Part shown: positions 48,660-60,836 of the stretch, piece after piece
Layout: each line of letters opens with the position of its first letter
Numbering within the stretch: the first letter of the stretch is position 1
Source of the DNA: Vitrella brassicaformis CCMP3155
Lineage: Eukaryota > Protista > Chromerida
Direction of reading: 5' to 3'
NCBI GenBank assembly: GCA_001179505.1
Contig: CDMY01000275.1
Location: forward strand, 434,001-498,000
DNA: 64,000 nucleotides
Position numbers and translations under genes: made by a program
The notes under the pieces: generated by a model
Databases searched by the model: none
The model's input: only the letters and a program-made list of their open reading frames with translations
What the model was told of the DNA's origin: nothing

Positions 48660-49698
48660 TTACCCACCTGCCCACGCCCCCTCCTTCCACCCTTCCCACA
48701 CAAATGCCCCCAACACGATGCACAGCAGGGCGGCGAATGCCGCTCTTAGTGTTGGGGGCGACTGCCTCCATGCGCCGCTTTCTAGTTGATCGACCTGCTG
48801 TGGCTCATTTGCCAACGCGGATACGTTCCGCGATGCAGCCTCTGTGCGGTTGCCGTTTCTCGCCATCTGCTTCTCATCCTCCCTCCTCTTGAGCTCGTCC
48901 GTGATGTATGTGGTGCATGACTTGGCGATGGGGACCTTGAACAGTGCCGACACGAGCTTCAGCTGCGACGGAACCGCCTTGGATGAGTAATTCACGTACC
49001 TGACGACACACAACACAGACACACACACACACACACACGCGTCAATCCAATCCCATCCCCGTCTGGATGTTGGTGTGATTCGTGTCGGCTCACCTCTGCG
49101 CGACGGGGTTCCAGTACTGATCAGTCGACGTGCACTCGTCCCCCACTAGGTCGGTTACCGAGCGGCAGAGAACAGGGCAGCCCTTGGCAGCGGCGGAAGG
49201 CGCCGGTGTGGGAGCCGACGTCTCACGAGGCTGGATCAGGTCAGACGCATTCTCGGCGCACCCATGTGCCCATGCCGCACCGGCAAAAGCAGCCATGGCG
49301 CTGGTGCAGACGCCGTCCTTGTGCGTGGCCTGCCAGTCGAGGTTGCAGGTGATGAAGGAGTCCCTCTCATTGATGTTGCCAGCTGGGCTGTAGCCGCAGA
49401 TCAAGTTGAAGTAGGCCGAGGCGTCGACGGTGAAGCTGTTGATGGCCGGGAAGCACGTGGGAGACCTGACTCTCTTGCCCAGGCAGGTCGATGTGAACTC
49501 GTCCCACGCCTCGCGGCACTCGGGGTTGCATTCGCCCGCATCATCGAAGCAGACGCCGCCTTCTCCAGGCCTTCCCAGGCCGGCGTAGAGGCTCGTGCAC
49601 TCCAGATCTGTGTCCGAGTCCGTGTTGCCGTTGATGTCCTGTGCCAGCACCAGAGTGTGGAGGAAATATCCACATAGGCTCAGAGCGAGTAACGACAT
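48660..49698 (-). CDS. Secreted or GPI-type Cys-rich surface protein with two internal repeats; 2 exons
   Basis: Signal peptide MSLLALSLCGYFLHTLVLA, 14 Cys in the ectodomain, and C-terminal hydrophobic LRAAFAALLCIVLGAFVW. Intron at AQR|YVN. Confidence 0.7.
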
Positions 49699-49879
49699 GT
49701 TTCTTCCACAGCTGGCTGGGCCGGGGTGACGTGCGTTTCCCCGTGCGTCTCTTCTCATCCGGATAGCCTTCTTGGGGAGAACGGCTTCACTGCGAGCTCC
49801 TATTCGGGACCCCCGAACCCTTTGAACCCTTGAACCGTGAAACCGCTCCTCCTTGAACCCCCGAGGAGCCTGCGACAAA

Positions 49880-52100
49880 AGGTATCCCGCCTCCCTCGTA
49901 AAAACCCGACAGGCCTCGTAAAGGTAAGAAGCCCAAAACTCCGCTCAATTCACTCACAGGCAGGAAACTACCTGCAGGTGTGTCTGCCTGACTGTCCTCC
50001 CTCCCTGTCTCTCTGTATGTCTCGCTCCTTCTCCATATTTGTCCCGTTTTGACAGGTACGCCGCACCATCAGTGGTTGGTTTGCTCGCCCAAGACTACGC
50101 GCATCAAATGCAGCATTGAGCTGACCACAAAGGTGCGAAGAGAGAGGGGCAGCAGCACGTACACAGGCAGAGCACCGACGCTGGCACGATTTTCACTTTT
50201 CTGACTGTAGGGTGACCCTTGCCGCCCACCCACAGACCGACAGAGACCTGATCGATGAGAAACAAGACCACTCTGGGGTCACGCACAGAGTGTCGCCGCC
50301 TTGGCCTGCTTGTTTCCTCTCCCCCTCCTCCACCAGGCCCTTCGAGGTTGTAGAGGTATCGGTTGCGTGATGTCGGTTGCGTGGTGTCGGTTCGGCCGCC
50401 GAAGGCGGCCCAAACGGGGGTGCGGGGGCGGAGCCGCCCCCGACAGACTGTCGTTGCTACTTTGATCCATACATGAGGTCGACCGAGAATCTCATCGGCC
50501 TGTTGAGTGCCTACAAGTGGCATACACAGCAAGGGCAGCCGTCTCCATCGCACACAACCTGCCTTGCCTTCTGCCACGTCATCGATTGGCGCCGCACACA
50601 GAGTAACGCCGCTTATCTGTCGCTCTGCCCGTCCTCAAGGATGCACTTTCATGATGCAGCCCCCGGCCCACCCATTCCCTCCGCCCCAGAGACTGCAGCG
50701 GGCGCCCACCCCACAGACGGACGCTGTCTCCCATCGACACACGAGGACTCATTACTTGAGCGCCAGCCGTCGCTTCCCGAGACGCTGAGGCGTAATAGCA
50801 GTGGTAGTGGTGGTTTCTCATGCAGAGATGACTCTGACGGCAGGGCTGCTAAGGTTGACGAAGGTCCGTGGGGAGTCATTGTTTGGCACGGAGCAGAAGA
50901 GGAGCGTCGCCGAAGACGTGTGAGAGATTCACTCCATGTGGACGAGACGTGGATGGCATGGAGGGGATTCAGGCCTCATGGGGCAATCGTCTGAGGAGCG
51001 GGTGGGAATCCAAGTCTCATTTCAGTCACGTCTCAATGAGCTGGACACCATCTTGGGTCATCGATTGGCGCGTTGTCCACTTTGCCGACGAGCCGACTGC
51101 CGCCGAGCCTTCAGAGGCAGAAGACAGGAAGAGATAGGCCTGTGTCGATTGTGGAGCGTGTCGGTTGACGGACCTCTTGCATCGCCAGTATTGATTCCTG
51201 AAAAGCTTCTCTCTTCCGCTGCCTGTCAACCTGCACCCACAGCCCGTCACACCACAACTATTGATGGATCCGTTCTCTCTATTCTCAGCGCACCTTCCTG
51301 GCCTCAATTGCCCGCCTGTGGGCATGCTGCTCATCCTCACTGCGCCTTCTGGCCTTGGCAACCATCTAAGATGCAAGCAAGATTGTATAGCGGTGTTTTC
51401 CCCATGGTCTTCTTCCCCCTGCGCACCGTCTTGTGTCGTGTGTGTTGTGTCTGTCGTCGGCGCATCGCTCGTGCGGCTTCAATGGCCTTCAAAAGAACGC
51501 TCTCCTGATGATGGAAGTGGTCCAGACCCAACACACGGCCGCTGCGAAACAAACACCGACAGTAGATTTCACCACTGACGGGCGGGGCCGTACTGCGCGT
51601 CAATCTGTGGGAATGAGGGGGGAAAGAAGACAAGGTGAAAGATTCGGACGCCGTGTGTGTCGATGATCTCCTGCACTTACGAAGCCTAGACCATCCAGGT
51701 TCTTCAGCAGAATGGAACTCTGCCAGAAAGGACCTGACGTATCGGGGTATGCAGATAGGTGACTCAGAGGGAGGCACAGCAGCAGATCAATGCCAGAAGG
51801 AAGTCCTCACCGAGGTGGGGATCTGCAATGAAGTCATAGGGCATGAGGGGTGCAGGGCCAGACGGCACGTCGAAGGAACGCCTCCCCTCCAGCCTACACA
51901 CACAAACGAAAGCCGCACAACGTGAGGGGCTCTGGGGGGAGGAGGTTTGTCCTGGATTGTCCATCCCCTCTCACCTCCTGGTTGTGCTTGCAGCCCCTGC
52001 AGTTGATTGGAGCCTTCTCATCTCGTCGGGCCCGGACGGTGAGCGAGAATGGAGGAATTCGAAGACTGGCTGTGATTCACACCGCCTCATGGACCAACCA
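49880..52100. other. Unresolved region with splice-like signals but no coherent ORF (lncRNA, UTRs or decayed gene)
   Basis: Plus-strand aag|gtaag..ctgcag and ttttgacag at 49920-50055. Minus-strand exon-like pieces at 51300-51950 hit stops in every join I tried. Confidence 0.2.
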
Positions 52101-52306
52101 AAGATCTCGTTGTGTCGGGTCGTCAGTGGGGAAACAGAGAAGGGGGTCTCTGAGGGGGAGTGAGGGGGAGGAAAGAAAAAGAAGGGGAGGAAGGGATCGC
52201 CTCCGCGAGCTAAGCTTGCAGGTACAGACGTTGGCTTTCTCCACGCGCTCGACAGAGGGGCTGGGCTCTATCGTTCGGCTAGGCTCTATCGTTCGCCAGT
52301 GCCGAA

Positions 52307-54565
52307 ATGGGCTGGCATGTGCTGCTGTCGGCCCTGGCGGCGAGATCAGGCCTCCTGGAGGGATGGCCACATGCCCTGTCATCTTTCCCATCTGCCCAGG
52401 CTGGCGACCCGCCGTGGCGCAGATGCAGCAAGTGGCGCCGCAAAGCAGCCGGCGACGACACAGGTGCGTCAGAGGCCTTCCTCTATCCCGTTTCAACGCG
52501 CATTCAGCGGTCACGCGCAGCCAGGAGGCCTTCGCAAGTCCGCCAGCAGCCACAGAGCGGCGAGCGTCAGCGCCCACGGCCGAGATCCCGGCTGTCAGCG
52601 GCCAGCGTGAGTCCGCCGGTTATCGATGATGCTTTCCTGCCAGCGTCGCCGCCCGAGGAGAAGCGGGCTGATGAGAGTCACGAGAGACAGAAGGGATGGC
52701 GGCCATGGCGCGCTTTGAAGCGTCTCGGCCTCCCCATATATCGGCAGAAGCAGATACTGTTGGGTCTGATGTTCTTTTTGGCGCTTTTCAACAGCACCAT
52801 AATTCGGGACACCAAAGACGTCCTTGTTATCAGCTGCCCGGGTGGCCCGGAGATCATTCCGTTCTTGTCGACGTACGTCAACCTGCCCCTGTCGGCGGTG
52901 TTCATGCAGCTCTACTGGAAGATATCCACCTTCCTCGGCGCGGAGACCCTCTTCTACTCGGTCTTCTTCCCCTTCTTGGCCTTCTTTGTGGGCTTCGCCT
53001 ACTTTGTGTTCCCCAACCTCAACAAGATCCACCCAACGTGGCTTATCCCTTTCATCGAGGAGAAGCTGCCGTGGGCATATAGGTAGGTGGGTGAGCCACA
53101 GCAAACCACAGACAGGCCTGACACGCACGGTGAGGGCTCATGGGCGGATAGGCACGTATGTGTGTGTGTATCTGCGGCTTTGTTCAGGTATGAGTCGCTG
53201 CTGCAGGTGATCCAGAATTGGTCGGTGTCGCTTTATTACCTCATCGCTGAGCTTTGGGGGTCGGTGACGATAAGTCTGTTGTTTTGGGGCTTCTGCAACG
53301 AGGTCAGCAGCGTCAAGGAATCTCAGGACATTTATCCTCTCTATGGCGTCGGGGGGCAAATCGCGCTCATCATCTCAGGTGCGTACGTGCGTGACACACC
53401 CACACGCTGTTCGTTCATCCACATGGATGCATGGATGTGTCCGTCAGGCATCATCATCAGCCGCATGGCGACCATGCCGGCGAGCTGTCCTCCGGGAGTG
53501 GACTGCTTCTCCCTCTCCCTCCGGCGGCTCATGAACACCCTTGGCGGCTGTGGGCTCGCATTCGCCGGCATCTTCTGGTTCATGAACCGGTTCTTCATCA
53601 ACAATCCCAAGATATACCCGCCCGGCGACATCGTCACCCCGAGCAACGCCAAAGGGCCCACACCCACACCGACAGGGGAGGCAGACAAGACCGCGCCAGT
53701 CAAGGAGGAGAAGAGGAACAACCGCAAGACCAAACTGGGTGTGCGGGCCACTTTCCGGCTGCTGGCGAGCTCCTCGTACATCCAGAACCTGGCCATGATG
53801 CTGGTGTGCTTCGGGGCGTCGCTCAACATAGTGGAGGTGGTGTGGAAGATTCTGCTTCGGGAGTACTACACGGACCGCAATGCCCTCACCAACTTCTATG
53901 GCGTCTACTCCACCCTGTCAGGTGGGTGCGATGCCGCAACACCCACGGATCGTTGACCATTCATCCTCCTTCTGGCTGTGGACGACCTGCCTGCAGGTGT
54001 GGCCACGATGGGTCTAATGCTGCTGAACCGGTGGATCGTGAAGAAGCGGGGCTTCCGCACGTCGGCCCTCATCACTCCGGTGGTGCTGTCGTCGACGGGC
54101 CTGCTGTTCTTCCTCTGCCTGTTGGGCCGTGGCGGGTGGGGCGGCCCCCTCACCCCGTTGCTGTCCACCATCCCCCTTGACTTCCTCGTGTGGGTGGGGG
54201 CCATCCAGAACATCTTCTCCAAGTCGGCCAGATACGCCCTCCTGGACCAGTGCAAGGAGTGGGCGTACCTGCCGCTCGGGCAGGAGCTCAAGAGCAAGGG
54301 CAAGGCGGCCATCGATCTGGTCGGCATCCCCTTCGGCGAGTCAGTGGCCTCACTGGTGCAGCAGTTCATCATTGTGCAGATGGGCCATTTGCTGCCGGCC
54401 ACCCCATGGCTGGCCCTCACGCTGACGATAACGACTGCGGTGTGGCTCAAGAGCACGGTGCAGCTGTCGAGGCAGTATCACAACATGCTTGAGTGCGGAG
54501 AAGAGGAGTGTGATGGCCAGGATGGGGCCAAGGGAGTGACGCCCCTCATTGCCGCAACCGGATGA
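52307..54565 (+). CDS. NTT: TLC/NTT-family nucleotide transporter (non-mitochondrial ATP/ADP translocase homologue) with an N-terminal leader; 4 exons
   Basis: FNSTIIRDTKDVLV, AELWGSV..LFWGFCNEV..YPLYG, LNIVEVVWK, VGAIQNIFSKSARYALLD..KEWAYLPL..KGKAAIDLV. Confidence 0.93.
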
Positions 54566-55222
54566 GACCGATAGGGCGAGGGAAGGGGGAAGGGGTGTCT
54601 CGTCGATGCACGACTGTGCACGGGGGCCTGCTCAGCGAGTGCGAAGTGAGGTGGGGGTCTTTGTCTGTTGATCGATCATGGTGCCTGTCGGCTGGTAGCG
54701 AGCGAGTGCTTCATGGTCGTGCATGTGGACCATTTTGTCTTTTGCTGACTGACTGCATATCCCCCTGAGATCAACCATTTCATCGTAGTGTGGCGGGACG
54801 GATAGAGACCAAAGACCGCACCCTCAGCCCGTGAGCCTGCTCTCTGGCGCCATCCTCCATGGTATGGCCGGTCGCAAACAAGCTATGCGCCCGATCATGC
54901 CGTGAAAGACGACCTCACAGAGTAGGATGCTGAGAGGCGTGGCAATGCAGACACACGTGAGTCAGCCCAATCCTGAACTATACACGTCGCCCACTTCATT
55001 CACATCAGGACATCCTGCCTGCCTCCGCTATCCAAGAAGCGACAACCAGGCCTGCCTGGCCAGATAGAGCCTTACTTACATGCACACCGAAAAACCCATC
55101 AATGCTGTTTGTTCTGGTCCCATCCAGTACGCTAGCTCCGTACTGTACACGTCGTAGGCAGGCCATCCACCACCACATGTTGACTTGACCTTTTCGTTCG
55201 GCGGTCCATTGGCTGCAGGCAG

Positions 55223-55800
55223 CTACAGGTCTGATGTGTCCCGCCTCTTGGATGGAGGGACCTGAGGGAGGGAACAGGAGCAGGACCAAGGTGACAGACA
55301 TTCTTCTCGGTGTGTGGTGCGTGTGGCATGATCTTACATAGAAGAGGCGCTTGGCTTCGTCGACCACGCACTTGAAGCTCACGGGCTCCGTCTCGGCGAG
55401 GGTGCACAGCGTCTTCCTGCACCCATCCCATCACACAGCACAACGGCCGACCGTGCTCACGCACATGATCTGCCTGCCCCTGTCTGCCTTTCGTGCACCC
55501 CTCCCTGTTGACGTACCTGTCCAGATGTATGTTGCCCCTCTGCAGGGCGCACTGCAGCCAGGCGTAGGGCATGTTGTACTCCCTGCTGGCAGAGTTGATG
55601 CGGGAGATCCAGTGCCGCCTGAACAGCCTCGAACGGTCGTGACGCGCAAGGTAGCTCTTGAACAAGGCGTGCTCCACCTTACGCGCCGCCAGCTTGAGGC
55701 ACCCTTTGCTGCGGCCATAGAAGCCGCGTGCTATCTGAAAGATGACCTCGCGAGGGATGCGCCCACCGCTCCCGAGGCAGACTGGCGATAACGAGATCAT
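55223..55800 (-). CDS. MRPL20: Organellar (probably mitochondrial) ribosomal protein bL20
   Basis: IFQIARGFYGRSKGCLKLA..ARHDRSRLFRRHWISRINSASREYNMPY..LQRGNIHLDR|KTLCTLAETEPVSFKCVV; 3 exons. Confidence 0.88.
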
Positions 55801-56010
55801 CTGAGGGGCTGCGTGGCCGGCTTGATTGGTCTTGCGGTCGTTCGACGAATTGCATTTTCGAGCTCGCAAGTCGATCGCCCCCTTCCGCCGTTTTGGCTGT
55901 TCTGAGCTTCGCCGCGGCACAGACGTTCATTCCGATGTCGTGTGGTAGGAATTGTCGCAACTGGCGTCCTGTGAACCACTGAGTTGACGTCAGAGTAGCG
56001 GCCCCAGTCA

Positions 56011-59000
56011 ATGTCTTTTCCGTCAATGTTCTTCGCTCCGCCGCCCACGTTCCCCTTCAGAGGCCGCTCATCGTCTCCCTTCGCCGCCCCCCGAGGCCTC
56101 ACCGGCCGGCCGCGGTCACCGCTGCCGCCGCCGAGCCCCTACGAGGAGCATGCAGCCGGGGAGAGGCCCTTCTGGCCCAACACAGCCGTCAACACCTACT
56201 ACCGGGCGCCTCTGGGGAAGCGACACGGCAAGATCAACTGGAGGATGATATATGCCATTGATCTGGAGCGGGTTATCCATGAGGGCGACGTGGAGACGCT
56301 CGTCGCTCAGTTAGAGAACCTCATGTAAGCGGACAAACAAGGGCCCTGGGGGGATGAGGGTCCGTCTTGCAAGATGGCGCCCCGTCTCTGTGGTGCGTGT
56401 GTCTGTCTTTGTGTGTCTGTCCCCCCTGCCCCTCTCTCTTATCAATCAGGTACGCCAACTTCGACGTTGACGACCTGCAGGCGTGCAGCGATGTGCAGTA
56501 CGTCAAGCTGTTCCAGCTGGCCCAGCTGGCGCTCGAGTACCTGTACGGCACTGTGCGTCAGCTGGAGGACCACACCATGCAGCTCACCGACGGCTACCAC
56601 GCCCTCAAGGCGCACCACGACGAGACGTACGCCACACTACAGGACGAGCAGGAGAGGATCCGCGAACTCAAGAAGGACCTCAAGCAGCGCAAGAAGGCCC
56701 TCGCCGTGTACGAGATGCTGGCCCAGAACCAGCAGGAAACCATGGGCACATGCGACGTGGCGGACGACGGGGAGGCGACTGAGGCCAAGACAGGGGCTGG
56801 TGTGCGGACGGCGGTGCTGGTCAAGTGCGGCCGGTGCGCCAAGAAGTTCCTCAACTCGATGTACCTCGACAGCCACATCCAGAAGAGGCACGCGGGCGAG
56901 ACCATGCCGACTGGTGCGGGGGAGGATTTCGCTACCCTTAAGGAGGAGATACAGAGGGGCCTCAGGGTAGGGTGAGAGAGACACTGACAGACGCAAACTT
57001 GACGGACAGAATAGGCAGATGTCTCTCTCTCTCATCAATGCGCGGATACAGGACACGCACAGGATGCTGCAGTCTGACCTCACCAACCTCCGCCATGAGA
57101 TGCAGGTAGGTACGGTACCTAAGGACACACAATGATAGGTACCTAGGTATATGTATACGACATGAAGATCATGATGCGTGTCTCCCTCCCGCCTCCGTTG
57201 ATCAGGATTTGCATGACCGCACCACCACGGCTGGCGGGGGCCGTACGGTGCAGAGCCAGCCGGATAGGGACATGGAGGCCAAACTGCAGAGCCTCATCGC
57301 CAAACACGAACAGCAAAGCAAAGACGTAATGAGAGAGAGACACCACAGCTGGAGGGTCTCACGGTGGGCTATGTGGTGTCTGTCTGCAGCTGCTGGCTAA
57401 GATGCAGACGATTGAGTCGCAGGTCGTCCACCAGACCGCAAAGGTGGACGGACACGCACTTGGCCTGACCGCACATAATGCTCTTACCTTCATGTCTGTG
57501 TGTGTCTTTCTTCTACGTGTGTGTTCAGACCGCTGAGCGTGTAAAGGCCGACATCAGTCAGCCTGTGGGTCAGCTGGAGAGCCGGCTGCAGCAGGTTGAG
57601 GGGCTGCTGCAGACCATGCAGACCATGCGCAAGACACAGGGCGGATGGCTCAACGACACACGTACCAACGACGACTCAAAGGTGACCTCTCTAAGACGGG
57701 AAGGTCTCTCGGATTTCATGTCGTTGTGCGTCTATTGACTGATTCGTGTGCGCAGTATGACGTTGAGGCGGTGCTGAATGAGGTGCGGCAGCTGCGTGAG
57801 GACGTCAAGGTCGGCGCCGCATTCGGCAGCCCGGCCAGCAGGGTGGGCGGAGAGAGACACCTGACTGACATACATGTCACTCACCTTGCTGCACGGATTA
57901 CTCTCTGTCCACTCACTTTGTGTGTGTCAGGAGATGGATCGTGATAAAGAGTTAGACAAGACCCTCGACGCCAACGCCAAACTCAAGGAGACGCTCAAGA
58001 AACTCAACAGAGACAAAGACGAGGTGTCTATATCATGTCACTCATGCCTATACCTACGAGACACGACACACTCATGTATATATACCTGTCTGGCACGGTG
58101 TGCAATCCAGGAGGGTCGTCGTCGCGAGGCGCTCGAGCGTCAGGTCAAGGACCTCAACAGCGCTAACGCCACACTCAGGAATCAGCTCAACGGTACCGCA
58201 CCACACCACACACACGTTGTCGACCGACCGACCGGCCGACATCTTTTATTCCATTGTACTTTGGCGGGCTGGTAGAGTGCCAGCGTCTCCACCCTGGCCA
58301 ACGCCCCCGAGAGTACACACATTAACAGACAGACAGACAGACAGACAGACAGAACGAGGGACAGACGCCAGACAAAGTTACGTACGTATGTGTCGTTGTT
58401 TGTGTATTAGATCGACGCCGCCCACGGTAGGTCAGCCCGATATAGGTGTGGCGAGCGACGTGTCGGCGCCGGCCCCATCGCCCCAGTCGAATCGCATACA
58501 GGCCGCCATTCACACCATCACCGCATCCGCACACCGGTACTACCCCACACACGTCACACGTACACACCCAAACAGCCACGCCAGCACACGACCATCCTTC
58601 GCCTGTTGTCATATATCCGCCATGTCTCGTCCATCCAGTGACTTCCTGCGTCGGTCTGAGGGTTTCATTTCGCACCCGAAGCCCTCCCCCGAGCAGGCAG
58701 AGGCCCACCTCAACCTGGCACCAGGATCGCTCTCCAACCAGCTGGCCAACCTCATGACCCTACGCGCCTCGGCCAAGGAACGCGCCCCGCCGGCCACCAT
58801 AGTACTGCCGACTGTGCAGGAGGAGCCGCCACACCCCAAGACCCAGGAGCAGCAGCAGCTCACCAGGCCTCTGCTCGAGTCTCTCCCGCCCTCACCGCCC
58901 ATGGTTCCCGCACCACCGCCGACCTGCCCCCTCCCTACCAAGGAGATCGAGAAACCGGCCTTTGTCGAGCCTGCACCCACCCCCACACCTGCTCCCCCAC

Positions 59001-60535
59001 CCCCGGCACCGCTCCCGGAGCGGTCTCGGTCGATGCAGAACGTGCGCGAGCCGGTGCATGCCGTGAAACAGCCGTCTACGCCCCCTCCCGAGCCACGGAG
59101 GCAGATGGTCAAGGAAGCTCCCCCTCCTGCCCGAAGGGGCACCGGCACATGGATCACATTGAGGAACAGCAGTGACTCTCTCGACCCATACCATGGCGGT
59201 GGGGGGGATCAGAAGGTGTCTGTGGTGCAGCGGGGGGCGCAGCTGCATCGGGAGGCGCATCACTTGTCGGACGGTGGCTATCACGTGATGCACAAGATGA
59301 GCTCGGGCAGCGGCAGCCAGGCGGACGGGGCGGGCTTGACGACGCAGAGCGGTAGTGCCACGGCTAGCGATGACGCTGATAGCACCGGGAGGAGGGGCAA
59401 GTCCGCTCCACCTGCTGCAGGTAGGTAGACCTGTTGGTCTGCCTGTATGTATCCATGGAATAGATCTTCCTTCAGTGATTCTTCACAAATCTCTGTCTGT
59501 CTGTGTGTGTGTCAGATGGGTCGTCTCGTCGCAACAGCTTCCAGAAGCTCCGCGAAGGCGTCAAGTCGGTCATCCGCTTCGCCACCCCCAAGAAACGCCA
59601 GAGCACCACCAACACATCCAGCAAGCAGCCCCAGCCTTCCGTCCAGCACCACTCATCCTTCAACCACCACCACCACCACCAGCACCACCAGCAGCACCAC
59701 CCACCCCCGCCCGTCTCCCATTCGGTGGTCAACTCGCCTGAGCGTCCGCAGGAGCCGCTGTACACGCAGCTGTCTGCCATGACGGGGCGGCACAGCATGT
59801 CGGGCCCTGTGGCGCAGTGCATTGAGAAGGAGGTGCGGGCGGCACTCTATCGGGACCAGCCCACAACGGAGGAAGACGTCAGTGGCCAGCCGGTGCCCGA
59901 GCCACAGGTACAGAGGACAGTGGGGGGATCTGCGTGTGGGTGTCGATGGATAAATGCGGTGCAGGTGGGTTCGAGTGTGGGTGTGGGGGGCCGTGGCGGT
60001 CCTGTTGGTGTGGACGAGGACCCATCGGAGGGCCGGGACACGGAGCGATCTCGCGGCACCGCAGACTTCGGCAAATGCAGCGAGGCCCCGTCACGCTCGC
60101 CCGTAAGAACCGACATCACATCATGGCATGTAGCTAGCCTGCATTCCGATCAACTGCACTGCGACCCTCTATGTATTTGTTCAGGACAAGGCCAGTGTGG
60201 AGAGCCCCCCTCTGCGTGGCGGCATGATGGATGAGGTGGAGGCCTTCTCGCTCGGCGACGGCCAGCAGTCCAACGCACCCTCATCCCCACGCAAGGCAGC
60301 CCACCCGCCCTCGTTCGGCCGCTCGACATCTGACGATGGCATGCGCCGCATTGTGGTGGGCGGAGCGAGTAGCAGGAACGACACACAGCCAAAGGGGTAG
60401 GTATGGGTGGGGGAGACACAGAGCGAGAAATGGCATGACCTGGTGTGTGTGTGTGTCTCTGTGTGTTGCAGGGGCGCATCAGGACGATCTGGCAAGGCGG
60501 ATGACGTGCGTGTTGGCGAGTTTGACGACCACTGA
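56011..60535 (+). CDS. DZIP1: DZIP1/DZIP1L-like ciliary protein (Dzip-like N domain, C2H2 finger, coiled coils, disordered tail)
   Basis: KINWRMIYAIDLERVIHEGDVETL..L..L|YANF..YVKLFQLAQLALEYL; CGRCAKKFLNSMYLDSHIQKRH. Later exons are coiled-coil and Pro-rich. Final exon ..GEFDDH*. Confidence 0.8.
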
Positions 60536-60836
60536 CTACGATTCTTTTTGCAAGGTGTGTGTGGGGTGGGTGCATACATAAGCCATTGATATGTTGTTCC
60601 TTTGAAGCGACAGAGAGACAGACAGACAGACAGGTGGACGGACGGACGGACGGACGGACACAATGATTTGGTTGAGCTCCGAGGGAGGAAGGGACCACAG
60701 ACCGACAGACGGGCAGCATGCACATCAATGCATTGCATTCAATCATCACACAGACAGACAGACAATCGAAACGCACACCCATGCAAGAGTTCCATCCATC
60801 CATCCATCCATGTACCACCATTCAGGTGTCTGTCGA

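Noticed and set aside
23218-53770. The 7-mer GCGAGCT alone as a promoter motif
   Set aside because: It also occurs in exons and introns (about 23219, 44253, 53481, 53765), as expected at this GC content. Only the 12-mer is reported.
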